The notes under the pieces were generated by a model. The model searched no databases, was not told where the DNA came from, and saw nothing but the letters and a program-made list of their open reading frames with translations. The translations under genes and the position numbers were made by a program. DNA of 64,000 nt from Octopus vulgaris (Eukaryota): NCBI GenBank assembly GCA_951406725.2, contig OX597834.1, forward strand, positions 5,394,001-5,458,000, in the 5' to 3' direction. How positions within the stretch are numbered: the stretch's first letter is position 1; each line of letters starts with the position of its first letter. This document shows, one piece after another, positions 12,456-27,235 of this stretch.

Positions 12456-12840
12456 ATTTTACTCTTTTACTTGTTTCAGTCATTTGACTAGGGCCATGCT
12501 GGAGTGCAGCCTTTAGTCGAGCAAATCGACCCCAGGACTTATTCTATCGGTCTCTTTTGCCGAACCGCTAAGTGACGGGAACGTAAACACACCAGCATCG
12601 GTTGTCAAGCAATGCTAGAGGGACAAACACAGACACACAAACATATACATACACATACATATATATACATATTTTCGACAGGTTTCTTTCAGTTTCCGTC
12701 TACCAAATCCACTCACAAGGCATTGGTCGGCCCGGGGCTATAGCAGAAGACACTTACCCAAGATGCCACGCAGTGGGACTGAACCCGGAACCATGTGGTT
12801 GGTAGGCAAGCTACTTACCACACAGCCACTCCTGCGCCTA
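12456..12840 (-). mobile_element. SINE family A, full length
   Basis: Matches 2136-2550. Confidence 0.92.
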
Positions 12841-13420
12841 TACATAAAGTTAATCGCTAGATTAGATTCGATTTTATTTTGTTATATTAGCATATCTTCC
12901 ATCTCTTTATACACAAATATTTCTTTCTCTCCATTACTGTAGCATATTGGTTGATGACTCTTGTTTCGCTGACGTGTTTTAGTAATAGAATAGTGATGCG
13001 GAAGACGTTGAAATGTATGGAGCCAGCACGCAGCCTCGCTTAACTTGAGGCTTCACACGTAAGAGTGCAAATTTTTACCTTCCCACAAATGTCAAGCTAT
13101 TATTCTTGTGTAGATGTTACAGACTAAAAACAGGAATTTAGGTTTCTCGCTAAAGTTTCTGAGAACAACCAACAGAAGCTTCCTGTTTATTGAATCAAAA
13201 TTTTTTTTTTTTTCTTTTAAGGATCCACAAATCCAATGAACAATACTTGATATTACTCGCCAGAGTTTTCCTAAAACTTTACTGTGATGAAAATAATACC
13301 GAATGTCTGTCAATCCTTGTACAGTCACGTGCTTATATCCACAACCTTACGTAACACTTCCATAAAGGTGTTCCATTGTGACACAAAGTAAGCAAGTTTG
13401 ATTCATTAAACATAAACAAA

Positions 13421-13830
13421 TAGGCACAGGAGTGGCTGCGTGGTAAGTAGCTTGCTAACCAACCACATGGTTCCGGGTTCAGTCCCACTGCGTGGCATCT
13501 TGAGCAAGTGTCTTCTGCTATGGCCCCGGGCCTACCAATGCCTTGTGAGTGGATTTGGTAGACGGAAACTGAAAGTAGCCTGTCGTATATATGTATATAT
13601 ATATATATGTGTGTGTTTGTGTGTCTGTGTTTGTCCTCCTAGCATTGCCTGACAACCGATGCTGGTGTGCTTACGTCCCCGTCACTTAGCGGTTCGGCAA
13701 AAGAGAACGATAGAATAAGTACTAGGCTTACAAAGAATAAGTCCCGGGGTCGATTTGCTCGACTAAAGGCGGTGCTCCAGCATGGCCGCAGTCAAATGAC
13801 TGAAACAAGTAAAAGAGTAAAAGAGAGTAA
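13421..13830 (+). mobile_element. SINE family A, full length
   Basis: Head TAGGCACAGGAGTGGCTG through tail AAGTAAAAGAGTAAAAGAG. Confidence 0.92.
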
Positions 13831-15250
13831 ATAAACTCCTACGCCTTACTTGAACATCAATGGAATACTGCTGCATTTTTTAGTATTCCATCCTGGAGTT
13901 GGTAATATGGCAAAGATCCTAAGCCTTTACTTATATTGTTGCGATCAGTTTGTCGCGATGGTTGTATGGGTGTTTGTTTGTTGGTGTTAAGTTCAGCTGC
14001 GCGTTGTCCCATTATAAACCACTTAGAGACGCTGTTGAAATAGCATTTTATTTAATCGAAGTAAATTACGATACTTACATATTCACATTACCGTGTGTCA
14101 GTAGCATAACGTGGTGTGTCAGAACCAAACATAGTCATAATTAAACCACTAGCAATAGAGATTTGCTTCGTGTAAGAGGCGTGCATAATGCTTGTTCATC
14201 CTAATTGAAGTAAACCTTTTAACACGTGTCTGAACTTCAACCAAGGAACAGGTACTACTTAAGAAGAGTGGTCCCGGTGCGCGCACTCGTGTACTCGCGC
14301 ATCCACGCTGGTTAGTCGTGACTAGTCGATCCTTACTTTGTGTTTTTGTGTTTTATTCGTTTTAAAATAATTATTTACTTTGAGTTTTATTTACTTTGCT
14401 AGGTAATCGTTTTAGGATCGACTAGTCACGACTAGCAAGCGCAGATGCGCGAGTACGCGAGTGCGCGCACCGAGAGCACTCTTCTTAAGTAGTACCCAAG
14501 GAACAGCTGTCGGAGAAATGACTTGCTGCTTCTGCTTTCAAAACTTGCTGGTCTCTGATTCGTTTATGTGCATTGAATCTGTGTAGCTACAAAAGCGCAG
14601 GAATCTCATAGAATATTCTATGATATGCGGTGAATTTTCTTTTTTGCAAGCTGATCAGTCGGTGATCAGGGCACGCCGCCTGACACAAGCTTCAAAGCTG
14701 TGTAGTTTCGATTCTGGACCTCGCTACATGTTATTACCTTTGGTTAGCTAAAAATACAGTGCGTAAAGGCTTATTTTGATTGAAGTTGGATTGGTATTAA
14801 AAGTGTGCTAGTGACTAAGAAATTATGGAGGTTTCTATGAAAATAATGTCTTATAACCAAAATGAGTTGCTCAAAATAATTATTGGTATAAAATACAAAT
14901 AACTAAAGAATAAAAACAACGATAGGAAGAGAAATAGTTTGATTGATTTTAATGAAAATGTTAACTATCGATCCATTCAATCCATCAGTGTATAGTCTTC
15001 CAGAGTTTCAATCGGTATATATCAAAGCAGCAACATTTTGAAGACTTCATTTCTGAAATTTAGATTGCTTTTGTATTGATTAGCGTTATTGGAAACAAGG
15101 TTCTTTTCAACTCTACATATTCCATTACATTTTGTACAATTTCTGCTGTATCTGCATTTCTGATGTTCTTCCACTTGACGTTGATGCTGAATGCATGTTC
15201 TTTAAAATAATTTGAGTAATAGGTAATCTTCGTCACCTTCCTCTTTCCTC
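13830..15250 (-). mobile_element. Very degraded RTE-like LINE (endonuclease region), host of the MITE
   Basis: Minus-strand DHRLISL motif near 14650-14670 resembles RTE C.TDHRL; otherwise stop-riddled. Confidence 0.3.
14251..14496. mobile_element. MITE with about 82-bp GC-rich TIRs and 9-bp TSD (Merlin- or MULE-like)
   Basis: Ends GGTACTACTTAAGAAGAGTG.../...CACTCTTCTTAAGTAGTACC; TSD CAAGGAACA at 14242-14250 and 14497-14505. Confidence 0.9.
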
Positions 15251-15354
15251 TTTATTCTTAAAGTAAAAGGAATTCTGAAATAACATCTACAGTGTCTAAA
15301 CAGTACTTAGGAACGTTGTTTAATAATCTTTAAAATAAAGCTGTAATAATAATC

Positions 15355-15565
15355 TTCCTGTCAGGTGTCCCAGATGAACCAACTTCACTGCGGCAGGAGG
15401 TGCAGATGAGGGCAGGGTGCATCAAACTCTCTCATGTACCAAAAACAAGATGAGGACCAAGCATTCGTGAAGTAAAATCACGTAGCAACACCAAATGGCG
15501 GTGCCCCAGAATGGCCACAGCTCGTGAGCTTAAATTAGATGAAATAAAAAAATTAAAAAATAAAG
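15355..15565 (+). mobile_element. LINE extreme 3' end (candidate partner of SINE family A)
   Basis: SGVPDEPTS...QEVQMRA...SNSLMYQ ORF end, then GGCGGTGCCCCAGAATGGCCACAGCTCGTGAGCT and an A-rich tail. Confidence 0.7.
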
Positions 15566-16101
15566 AACATTTACGTTGCACATAATTGCTTCACCTTTGC
15601 ATGACTAAATAACGGAGCAAACATTTGCATTCTGCACGTGCAGTTACTTTCGGTTCATTTAAGAGGCTTCATTGTTAAATCATCCCTATTGGTGGTACAG
15701 TTCTGACTTTTAGGTTATTACTATTGAGAAGGTTTCTCTGTTGCTAGAAATTTTCACTATTTTTAAGTTAGGCTTCGATGTTTTAGTAATTTTCTACTGA
15801 ATATTTGGGTGAGTAACGAGATGTGGGCAAGATGCAGTTACTGCGTTCCTTTTTATTATTATATATTTTGAATCCACTCCCGTTAAAGGGGTCACTTTTT
15901 GAACAAGTCAAAGTGTCAAATATTTCTTAAACAATAACAAAACTGAGAGTCTTCTGAATTTCAAGTAATTTTTTGAAAATGATGGTAGGACTATAATCAA
16001 CAGTCAATTCTTAGAAATGTTGGTAGAACTGTTAAAAGTAAACGAAATAGAAAATATCTGCCGCATATCTATAATGTTAATGGTAATTCTGATTTTCAAT
16101 G

Positions 16102-16342
16102 ATGATCCCAAGTTGCGTTGCATTGATAAGCTCCATTAAGTGCGAAATAAAGTTATCTGCTGCTACTAGTCTTTTCCCCAATGCTAAAAAAAATTTTTTT
16201 CAAGAAAAGAAAATCGGTTGTTTATATAATTCCTAAATGTTTTAATTGAACATAGAATATGTATAATAGTTTTATGATCCCAATTTGTGTTGCATTGATA
16301 AGCTCCGTTAAGTGCGAAATAAGGTTATCTGCTGCTACTAGT
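16102..16342. repeat. 69-bp imperfect direct repeat, period 172 bp
   Basis: 16102-16170 and 16274-16342 (ATGATCCCAA..TTGCATTGATAAGCTCC..AAGTGCGAAATAA.GTTATCTGCTGCTACTAGT). Confidence 0.85.
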
Positions 16343-16442
16343 ACATCCAAAGCAAGAGAAAAATGAATTATATGGAAATATTCTGTCATATGTTCTCTCA
16401 CTAAAAAAAAAAAAGACATCGCATAATAACAGAGCAAAATAA

Positions 16443-16795
16443 TCTTTATATGTAAAAGTGAAGTTGTGTGTCTGTCTGTCTCCTACGATTTAGATTCCTA
16501 ACTACTCCCACATTTTGCGGTGCAGTTTAACCAAATCCGGGTATCTTATAGTCGTGATTCATATCGAGCCCTTTTGGGTATTAGCGCGCGTCTACGATGA
16601 GTCTACGATTTAAAAAAAAATACCATTAATTTTTCCCATTTTAATGCATTTTTGGCATATATAAGGGAAGTAACTCTCTAAAAATTTATTATTAAATCTC
16701 TGAACGTAAAAAGCTACAGTAACACCCCCCCTTTGTGGTTAGCCATATTGAGATGGCCATTATACTTTACATCTCTAAAAATGCTTATATAGTTA
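16443..16795 (+). mobile_element. Non-autonomous Helitron, 3'-truncated copy
   Basis: Collinear with 9367-9720 but lacks the terminal hairpin and CTRR. Confidence 0.85.
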
Positions 16796-17684
16796 TATAG
16801 TGCTTCAACAATTTATATAAACCTCTAAGATCACAATTTTCTGTACAGAGAAACCACAACTGACGATGAATAAACCACTTAGGTCTGAATTTAATAGCCT
16901 CGGCGAAATTCCGTGGTGCGCACATCACTAAATTGTGTGACTTTTGATCATAGGAATAGATGGAGAATATAGGTAGTGGCTAAAAAGCGGGGGAAATGGT
17001 TCTCTTTTTAAAAATGAAGTCTCTTGTAATATAAGTGCTTCATCAAATTACAGCAATACGCTTGTTATTATCTCCTTCAGAAATGCAGGGAAAAGTGATC
17101 TGAGTATTGGAAAGCTGTAACTAACGACGCTATTGTTCATAAATCGGAATAAAACTAATTAAGAAATACAGACATGTTTGCACCCTTCTAGTTACTTGCT
17201 TACACACATGCTTGAATTTTTACATGTATATTCTTTATAACTGCCAAAAATACTAAACTCAAACATTAAATTGTATAGTCATATAATCAATCACACTCAA
17301 GATCACAAACTAACTCGCAAAGTCAAACAAACCCGCATATTCGCATATTCTTGTTTTGATAGTCATACACATTTGGCCACAAACGCACATCCTTACTTCC
17401 ATACTCATAGAGGCTCACAGAAACTCACGTATAACTCATACAAACATCACAGACACTCATGTATTTTTACACTGACATACAACTATCAAAATCTAAATAT
17501 TAAAGCTTGAAAGTGTTGCTTAGCAACGTTCAGTTTATAACATAATGAACCATTAAAATTACAATTCTGCGCAATTCTCTTGAGAATTAATAACAATTTT
17601 AGAGGGAAGCATACAAGTTTGACAAAGTGTAAGGGGCTCTAATATTAATATATATTGGAAATAGATTTATTATTATATTTTATT

Positions 17685-18930
<1,246 letters not shown>

Positions 18931-19109
18931 AACACATTATTTGTGAGATGAAAATACGAACAAATATTTCAAAATATGTCAAACATCTTCAAATCCTTCA
19001 ATAGGTTGTTGTTTTTTTACTCTTACAAATATGAAATGAAGAAAAACAAATGAATAAATACAATATTTTCCAAAATAAATTTTCTTTATTTATTTATTCT
19101 ATATTTCTT

Positions 19110-19170
19110 CTCATACATACATACGTATGTGTGTGTGTGTGTGTATATATATACGTAATACATACATACA

Positions 19171-19210
<40 letters not shown>

Positions 19211-19457
19211 TATAAACATTTGTATACATACACATATATATGTGTATACACACATATATATATATACCCATGTAGACATACATACATATATATATATATA
19301 TACGTAAATACATATACATATATATATATATACATAAATACATACATATATGAATATACATATTTTTACATATATATATATGCATATATACATTTGTATA
19401 CATACACATATGTATATGTATACACACATATATACACATGTATACATATTTATATAT

Positions 19458-19528
<71 letters not shown>

Positions 19529-19655
19529 TATTCATATATATATATACGCATACAGATTCAGACACATACACAGATACATTCGAATACACACACGTATATT
19601 TATATATACATATATATATATATATACATATAAAAGTAGATAAATGGTACAAACG

Positions 19656-19708
<53 letters not shown>

Positions 19709-19725
19709 ATATATATGTATATATG
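19110..19725. repeat. Mixed (TA)/(CA)/(TG) microsatellite
   Basis: Read directly. Confidence 0.95.
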
Positions 19726-20284
19726 TTTGTGTTTGTTTTATGTTATTGAATATGTTATATATTCTATATTAGAAGTATTTTTTCTTTTGTGCAGTCGTTG
19801 TTTTATTTTGAAAAGTGCATTGTGTCGTAAAAGGATCAAAGGCAATCGTAGAACAAAGTATTTCACCGCAGACAATAAAAGTTCATTGGAAGATTCGGGG
19901 GGAAAAATCGCGATATTAACATGTTGCAAAGCTGTTCTGAGAGAGGGAACTAACTCTGAAAGTTTCCACAAAAGTTTTTTTTATATATATGACATCCCAA
20001 GCTGATCTCTCTTACAAGATCAGAACATTCGAAAATTTTGAACTATGAACCAAACTTTGGCTCTTAGGCAAAGATTTTTCCATTTGAAGTGGTCTGTGAA
20101 TATTGTTTTCTATTGTCAGACATTGGCTGACAATGTAAGTTCCCCCCTACAAAATGGCCGGAGAAATATCTCTCGTCAGAAACCATTGTAGAAAATAAAA
20201 TCGTAGTGAATACAACGTTGTGCTACTACCACCGCCGTTGCTACCACCTCTACCATGACTAAAATCAGAAATAGTGCTCATAAC

Positions 20285-20286
20285 TA

Positions 20287-20320
<34 letters not shown>

Positions 20321-20471
20321 TATCACCACCACCACCACCACCACCACCGCAAAAATTTGCATTACTGATGCTGTCAGAGCTACAAACAAACACCATCATT
20401 ATGTGTCTCCTAAACCAGCATCCACCATCATGGTCATCGTTATCATCATCATCATCATCATCGCCATCATC

Positions 20472-20511
<40 letters not shown>

Positions 20512-20552
20512 GTCTCATCATCGCCATCCTCCTCCACCTCCTCCTCCTCACC

Positions 20553-20642
<90 letters not shown>

Positions 20643-20913
20643 GTCATTGTCGTCATCCTCATCCAATTCCTCCTCACCATCATCGCTATCATCATCATCA
20701 TCATCATCATCATCCATATCATCACTCTTAACGTTGATGTCATTTTCATCGTTGTCGTTAGCATCATCATCGTCATCATTGTCCCCATCGTTACCATAGT
20801 GATCATGACCATCATCACCACCACCACCACCACCACCACCGCCACCACCACCACGATCGTCATCAACATCATCATGAGCATTACTTCCCCACCACCAACA
20901 CCAGCACCACCAC

Positions 20914-20945
<32 letters not shown>

Positions 20946-21010
20946 CCTTCTCTACCAACTCCACCACTGCTATCATCAACACCACCACCATCACCACCAC
21001 CACCACCACC
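20285..21010. repeat. Mosaic (CAG)n/(CAC)n/(CAT)n trinucleotide array
   Basis: Read directly; source of the poly-S/I/D/M ORFs. Confidence 0.9.
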
Positions 21011-21264
21011 AACGTCATATTTACATCCATCACTGCTTCCACCAGCGCCGATATATAGAATTTCTCTTTTACTCTGTTTTAATTCAAACATAACAAGAAA
21101 CACATGAATGGAATTTTCTAATTGAATTTTTAGAACATTTAAATTGCTTTTTCGTTGGTGGAGCTGCGGCATTTTAATGCCAGCAGAGAATAAACTAGGG
21201 CCAAGCATTCAACGGTTCTTTATACAAAAACTCTATATATATAGATGTATACATACATATACAT

Positions 21265-21338
<74 letters not shown>

Positions 21339-21612
21339 GTGTGTATACACACACACTCACACATATATATGTATATATATATGCATGTATGTATATATCT
21401 TTGTGTGTGCATGTGTGCATATATATGTTATATATATATATATATATATTTATATAGATTTGTTTTTGTATAAATATATGTATATACACTTACATCTCTA
21501 TTTATATAGTTATTTTGCTTTTTGTATATATATACATATAAATATATACGTCACACACATGTATAAATATATTACTATATGTATGCTTTCATACATGCAT
21601 ACATACACCTTC

Positions 21613-21663
<51 letters not shown>

Positions 21664-22469
21664 CAACACATACACACACATATAAATATAAGTTGATCTA
21701 ACTCATACGCACACAATACATATAGACACGTAGTCATACTACACATATTTCTATATAGATGAAATCAGACATTTATAATTCAATGCAAGTCAATGTTGAG
21801 GCTCATTGTTAAAAGGGTAACACACTTATATAGTAAATATATAAAACAAACTCTGTATGTGCGTGCGTGTGTGTGTGTATGTGTGTTAGTTGGTGCAATA
21901 GATGTGAGATAAATGGATGGATACTTTGGGTATTGATAAATAATCTTTCTCTTACTCTTCCCCTTACATACAAAAACACACAATTACAGACATATAATGT
22001 CTAAATGTTTTGTAAGAAAATTACTTCCTAATTGAGTTTGTATTCAATGCTAGGTTTACAGTTTTAGATTTTGGTTTTGCTGATGCCTTAACTGTATCTT
22101 TTGTTTGGGATATCAACACTATTGTATTCTAAAAGAGATGGAAGAATGGTTTTTTTGTTGCTGGCATGCTGATTCTGGTGTGTTTAATTTCGGACAACAA
22201 AACGACAGAGAACTGTGTATGAAAATAAAAATATAGAAAATAACTGAATAAATAAAACTAAAATAACAATATAGTTTGTGTGTGTGTGTTTGTATGTTTG
22301 TATGACTGTGTGTGTGTGTGGAGGCCTCTGTTTGTGTTTGTGCGAATGTGTTTGTGCGGGTGCATGTGTGTGTGGCTGTGTGTATGTGTTTCTAATTTTT
22401 TTTTTATAAACAGTTGAAAGGAGAATGATATATGTGACTCAGAAAAAATCAATGACAAAGAGAATAATG

Positions 22470-22525
<56 letters not shown>

Positions 22526-22780
22526 TGATAGGGAGAGAGTGAGAGAGACAGACAGAGAAAGTGATAGGGTGGGAGAGTAGGGAGAGGAGAGAGAGAAAAA
22601 GACAGACACATAGAGAGTGAAAGAAACAGACAGAGAAAGAGAGATGGTGGGAGAGTAGAGAGAGGAGGGAGAGACAGAGAGATAGATAGAGAGACAGATA
22701 GACTGATAGAGATAGGCAGATAGATAGATAGACTGAGACAGAGAGAGTCTAAGAGAGAGTGAGAGAGAAAGAGCTCTAAA
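22470..22780. repeat. (GATA)n and (GA)n purine-rich tract
   Basis: Read directly. Confidence 0.9.
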
Positions 22781-23107
22781 TATTTAACATAAACGAGAGA
22801 AGGAAGTAAAGATTGATGATTAGGAGAGTGATATTGAAATATAAGGAAATTGAGAGAGAGGTGGGGAGAGAGGTGGGAGAGAGATTAGGAGGTGAATATG
22901 TAAAATAAGGTATTGAGGAGAAGAATGGTTAAGTTATACTGTTGAAATTATTCAGGCAAGACGTGTGTGAAATGTGGGAACTAAAATTATATTTGAAGAA
23001 AAAGTTTGTGAAAGAGATGTAAAAGTGCAGGAAGGAGCATTAATGACTGTGTTTGCGCATGCGTAAGAAAGAGAGAGGGAGAGGGAGAGGAGGGAAGAGA
23101 GAGGAAG

Positions 23108-23189
<82 letters not shown>

Positions 23190-23583
23190 AAATATATATA
23201 TGCATATGTATAAGTATATGTATGTATATATATATATATGTATATATATACATACATAATAATATATGAATATATATGTGTGTATATATGTATATATATA
23301 TATAAATATATATATGTGTGTGTGTGTGTATACATATATATATATGAAATGGAATGATATTGAAAAGACTTAGTATTTAGAGGCAGAGATAAATGATAAG
23401 TAAACTAAAGGGGGAGAGAGAAAAATAGGAGAAATATGAAAGAGTAAGAGAAGAAGAGAAGTGTAACGATTGCTGTCTAGATATTAGGAAGAGAGGCAGA
23501 AACTAAAATGCAGAGAATGAGAGGGAGGCGCGAAATATGACGTCAAGAGAAGAAAGACTGTGCGAGAAGCAAAACTTAATGTC

Positions 23584-24235
23584 TAACTCTTTAGCATTTT
23601 AACCGACCATATCTGGCCAAAATATTCTGCCTGTTTTATGTTCGAACCAGCCAGATCCAGCCTCTCACACCTATTCAACAATGTAATTTTAAAAATAAAC
23701 ATTCGCAGGAGTGGCTGTGTGGTAAGTAGCTTGCTAACCAACCACATGGTTCCGGGTTCAGTCCCACTGCGTGGCATCTTGGGAAAATGTCTTCTGCTAT
23801 AGCTCCGGACCGACCAAAGCCTTGTGAGTGGATTTTGGTAGACGGAAACTGAAAGAAACCTGTCGTATATATGTATATATGTATGTATATGTATGTGTGT
23901 GTGTGTTTGTGTGTCTGTGTTTGTCCCCCTAGCATTGCTTGACAACCGATGCTGATGTGCTTACGTCCCCGTCACTTAGCGGTTCGGCAAAAGAGACCGA
24001 TAGAATAAGTACTGGGCTTACAAAAGAATAAGTCCCGGGGTCGATTTGCTCGACTATAAAGGCGGTACTCCAGCATGGCCGCAGTCAAATGACTGAAACA
24101 AGTAAAAGAGAGAAAGAGAGAGTCGCATCATAGAAATTCTTGGTGCTCTGAAACAATCCATGGTTAATTCGAAACGAATAAGCAAAAGTGTATTGCAGGC
24201 GACACAGTAATCTGAATGCTTGCTTTAAGGGCTAA
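23584..24235. mobile_element. Degenerate piggyBac-like MITE interrupted by SINE A
   Basis: Ends TAACTCTTTAGC.../...AAGGGCTAA; body homologous to 45728-46049. Confidence 0.55.
23704..24121 (+). mobile_element. SINE family A
   Basis: Matches the family A copies. Confidence 0.92.
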
Positions 24236-24473
24236 AGAAAGAAACCCAGCACTGAATATCGAGGACAACAGGGCGAGAGGTCAACTGAAGAAAGAGGGTA
24301 AAACTTTACGTTTGAAGAGGTAACGTTTTTGCTGAAGACTAAGAGAGAATGAGACCTCAAATACATGAGTAAGATGTTTAGATTAAAAGAAAGACGTGGA
24401 TGGGGATGGCTATCGTGTCTATTGTATCAAGCATAGTGTGTCTAGGGCTACACTATTTAATGTACCTTTATTT

Positions 24474-24631
24474 CAAAAGTACTGAGGGCGCACACTCTCC
24501 TACCCTGATGTAATCTCCAGGGATACAGGCATCCAGCAACAGGACCTCCGTAATGCTATGATGGACCGTGAAGTCTGGTGCAACATGGTAAATTCCATTG
24601 TCTCGACCACGGTCGAACAATGATGATGATG
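24474..24631 (+). mobile_element. 5'-truncated RTE LINE end with (TGA)n tail and 10-bp TSD
   Basis: TLSYPDVISRDTGIQQQDLRNAMMDREVWCNMVNSIVSTTVEQ*; TSD ACCTTTATTT at 24464-24473 and 24632-24641. Confidence 0.85.
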
Positions 24632-24757
24632 ACCTTTATTTAAGATTGTCATTTACATTAGGCTGCTATTTCTAGCTAGCGAAATATCCAAGTACATGTT
24701 CAGTAATTGGCTAATTTTTTTTCTATTTGCTTTTATAAGTATAAATATAAATAATAC

Positions 24758-24970
24758 GTTCTACTAAAGGCACAAGGCCTGAAATTTATGGGTTGGGGTT
24801 AAGTGGATTACATTGATCCCAGTGTTTCACAGGTCCTTAATTTATTGACTTCGAAATGATGAAAGGTAAAGTCAACCTTGGCAGAATTTGAACTCAGAAC
24901 GTGAGGGAGGTTAAAATGCTGCTAAGAGTTTTGCTTGGCATTCTAACGATTTTGCCTGCTTGCTACCTTC
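24758..24970 (-). mobile_element. SINE family C (degenerate)
   Basis: Contains the reverse complement of the family C core GAGTTCAAATTCTGCCAAGGTTGACTTTACCTTTCATC. Confidence 0.75.
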
Positions 24971-25340
24971 ATAAATATAAATAATAAGATGAAATGATGT
25001 TTTCCAATTTTAAAGAAATAGGTTCATCAATTACATTGACACTAGAATGCCATTGGTGCTTATTTCATAGATCCTGAAAGAATGTAGAGCAAAGCAGATC
25101 TTAGAGGAATGTAAGGAATCAGAAGAGACAGAAGCTTCTAGGTATTCTGTTCAACACTCTAATGGTTCTGCCAGTTCCCTACGTTTGATGTGCTAACAGT
25201 TCTGCCAAATAAAGAATGGAATAATGTTAATAATCTGTTCAATATTAGCAACAAGAGCTCAAAGAGGTACAAAAAAGAGAACAATTGACATAGAAATTCT
25301 AATAAGTCAACTTACAAGGAGATAAGGGGGATGCATAGAG

Positions 25341-25701
25341 AATACCAAACTCATTCCCTATGGATACCGTATTTATTACAACGAGTGGCTTGTAAACGTA
25401 TCTAACGAGCGAAAGCGAGTTAGATACGTTTACAAGCCACTCGTTGTAATAAATACGGTATCCATAGGGAATGAGTTTGGTATTTTATTTATTACACACG
25501 AATAAACGACCATATTTTATTAACCCAATAACTAAATTCTTCACGTTTAGTTGTAACTTATGAATGACAAAAGTTGTGCCGTCACCGTGACCTCGAGTCA
25601 TCACCATGAATTGACCAATCAGAAGCAGCGCTCGCAGTATCTGACATATGTTAGATACCAAAAATATCTCTAAGTGTTCTCACTCACATGTGTGTAATAA
25701 A
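25341..25701. mobile_element. Crypton-like non-autonomous element with a perfect 66-bp-arm hairpin
   Basis: Arms 25341-25406/25419-25484, loop GAGCGAAAGCGA; second short IR TTTATTACACAC 25488-25499/25690-25701; TTGACCAATCAG motif at 25611. Confidence 0.55.
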
Positions 25702-26997
25702 CACAATTCCTACAGAGGCAAGAAATGGGATAAAAACAATGCACAAGATATAATTAAATGAAATGGAAACTTATAAAAGGAGATAATATTTACAGGGAAT
25801 AATCTTTTAAAATGTATGATAAAATACTATAGATGCATTCCCCATATTATGGGTTCATCTCCTTATGGAATATAATGCTTATGGAAATTGTAAAGTATGG
25901 CCACTAATTTCAAGATAATCAATAATTTCACTCATATGGAAACTTACATAAATTTTGACAATTAAGCAACTATACATTCCTTTTAACTAAAAAGCCACTT
26001 CTTGGTGTTTTAGCCTCTCCGGAATCATCTTTCTGTATTGTGTCACTAAGGTAAATTACCTACCAGAGGTTGACATCGTCTCTGATGTCTCTAGCAGTGA
26101 CTTTTATGCTCCTTCCTCACAGATAATGTGAACCCACTTTATAGACACTATTTTAGCTGATGAAATCACAATATCCTCTGCTTTAAAGGCAACATATATG
26201 GTATCATATGTTCTCTCTCTTCCAATAAATGATTTTTCACCTAGAATATCCGCTTCATGTGTTTCCAAATATCTGTTATTTGGAATGAGAAAAGCTGTAG
26301 TGGCTTTGGTGAATCACAGTTATGTTATATTCTCTCACATGCCTCCCCAAAGGATTGTGATAGATTGGCACTTGTGTTGTGGACAAAACACTACTACTAT
26401 CTCATTCTTTCAGCAAAATGTTCCATACTCTGAGTCTGTTGTTAAAAGGCTTTTTTGAGGAATAAATTTTCGTTATTCATATACAAGTTTCATATAGTTT
26501 ATGCATATTTACTGTAATTATTCTTCTTGTTGTTATTGTTGCCAAACGTGTTGTTTCTATGCTGTATTTTTATGTTGGGGTGTTACTTTTGTGACTTCTG
26601 TCATTTATTTAGTTGTCCATTCATTAATATATATTTTACCTTCTCAAGGCATACAAACGTACCTCAGTCTGATCCATTCGTAATTTCTTCTTACAGCTTT
26701 TTAACATATCTTTGCTGAGGCATTAACTATTTCTCAGTTAAATGGAATGAAAATGTCACAGCCTGAACATCATAATTCTCTTCTGGTGCTATCAGCCAAT
26801 GTCTCATATTCCTATGGAAACCTTGACATTTCCCTTACCGAAATATTATATCTCCCTTCTTTTATGATATTCTAACATATCACTGCTTGAATCAGATATT
26901 TCTTCTTCATGAAGAACATTTACATATCTGTGCTTGAACCATCTAATATATATTTTTATATTTTTGCATATTAAGATACCATGTGTGATGTGTACAG

Positions 26998-27202
26998 ACT
27001 CTCTTTACTTGTTTCAGTCATTTGACTGCGGCCATGCTGGAGCACCGCCTTTAGTCGAGCAAATCGACCCCGGGACTTATTCTTTGTAAGCCCAGTACTT
27101 ATTCTATCGATCTCTTTTTTGCCGAACCGCTAAGTGACGGGGACGTAAACACAACAGCATCGGTTGTCAAGCAATGCTAGGGGGACAAACACAGACACAC
27201 AA

Positions 27203-27235
<33 letters not shown>

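Noticed and set aside
20265-21208. Poly-Asp, poly-Ser or poly-Ala/Thr protein exon
   Set aside because: Several frames on both strands are open purely because of (CAT)/(CAC)/(CAG) repeats; no convincing splice sites or unique coding sequence.
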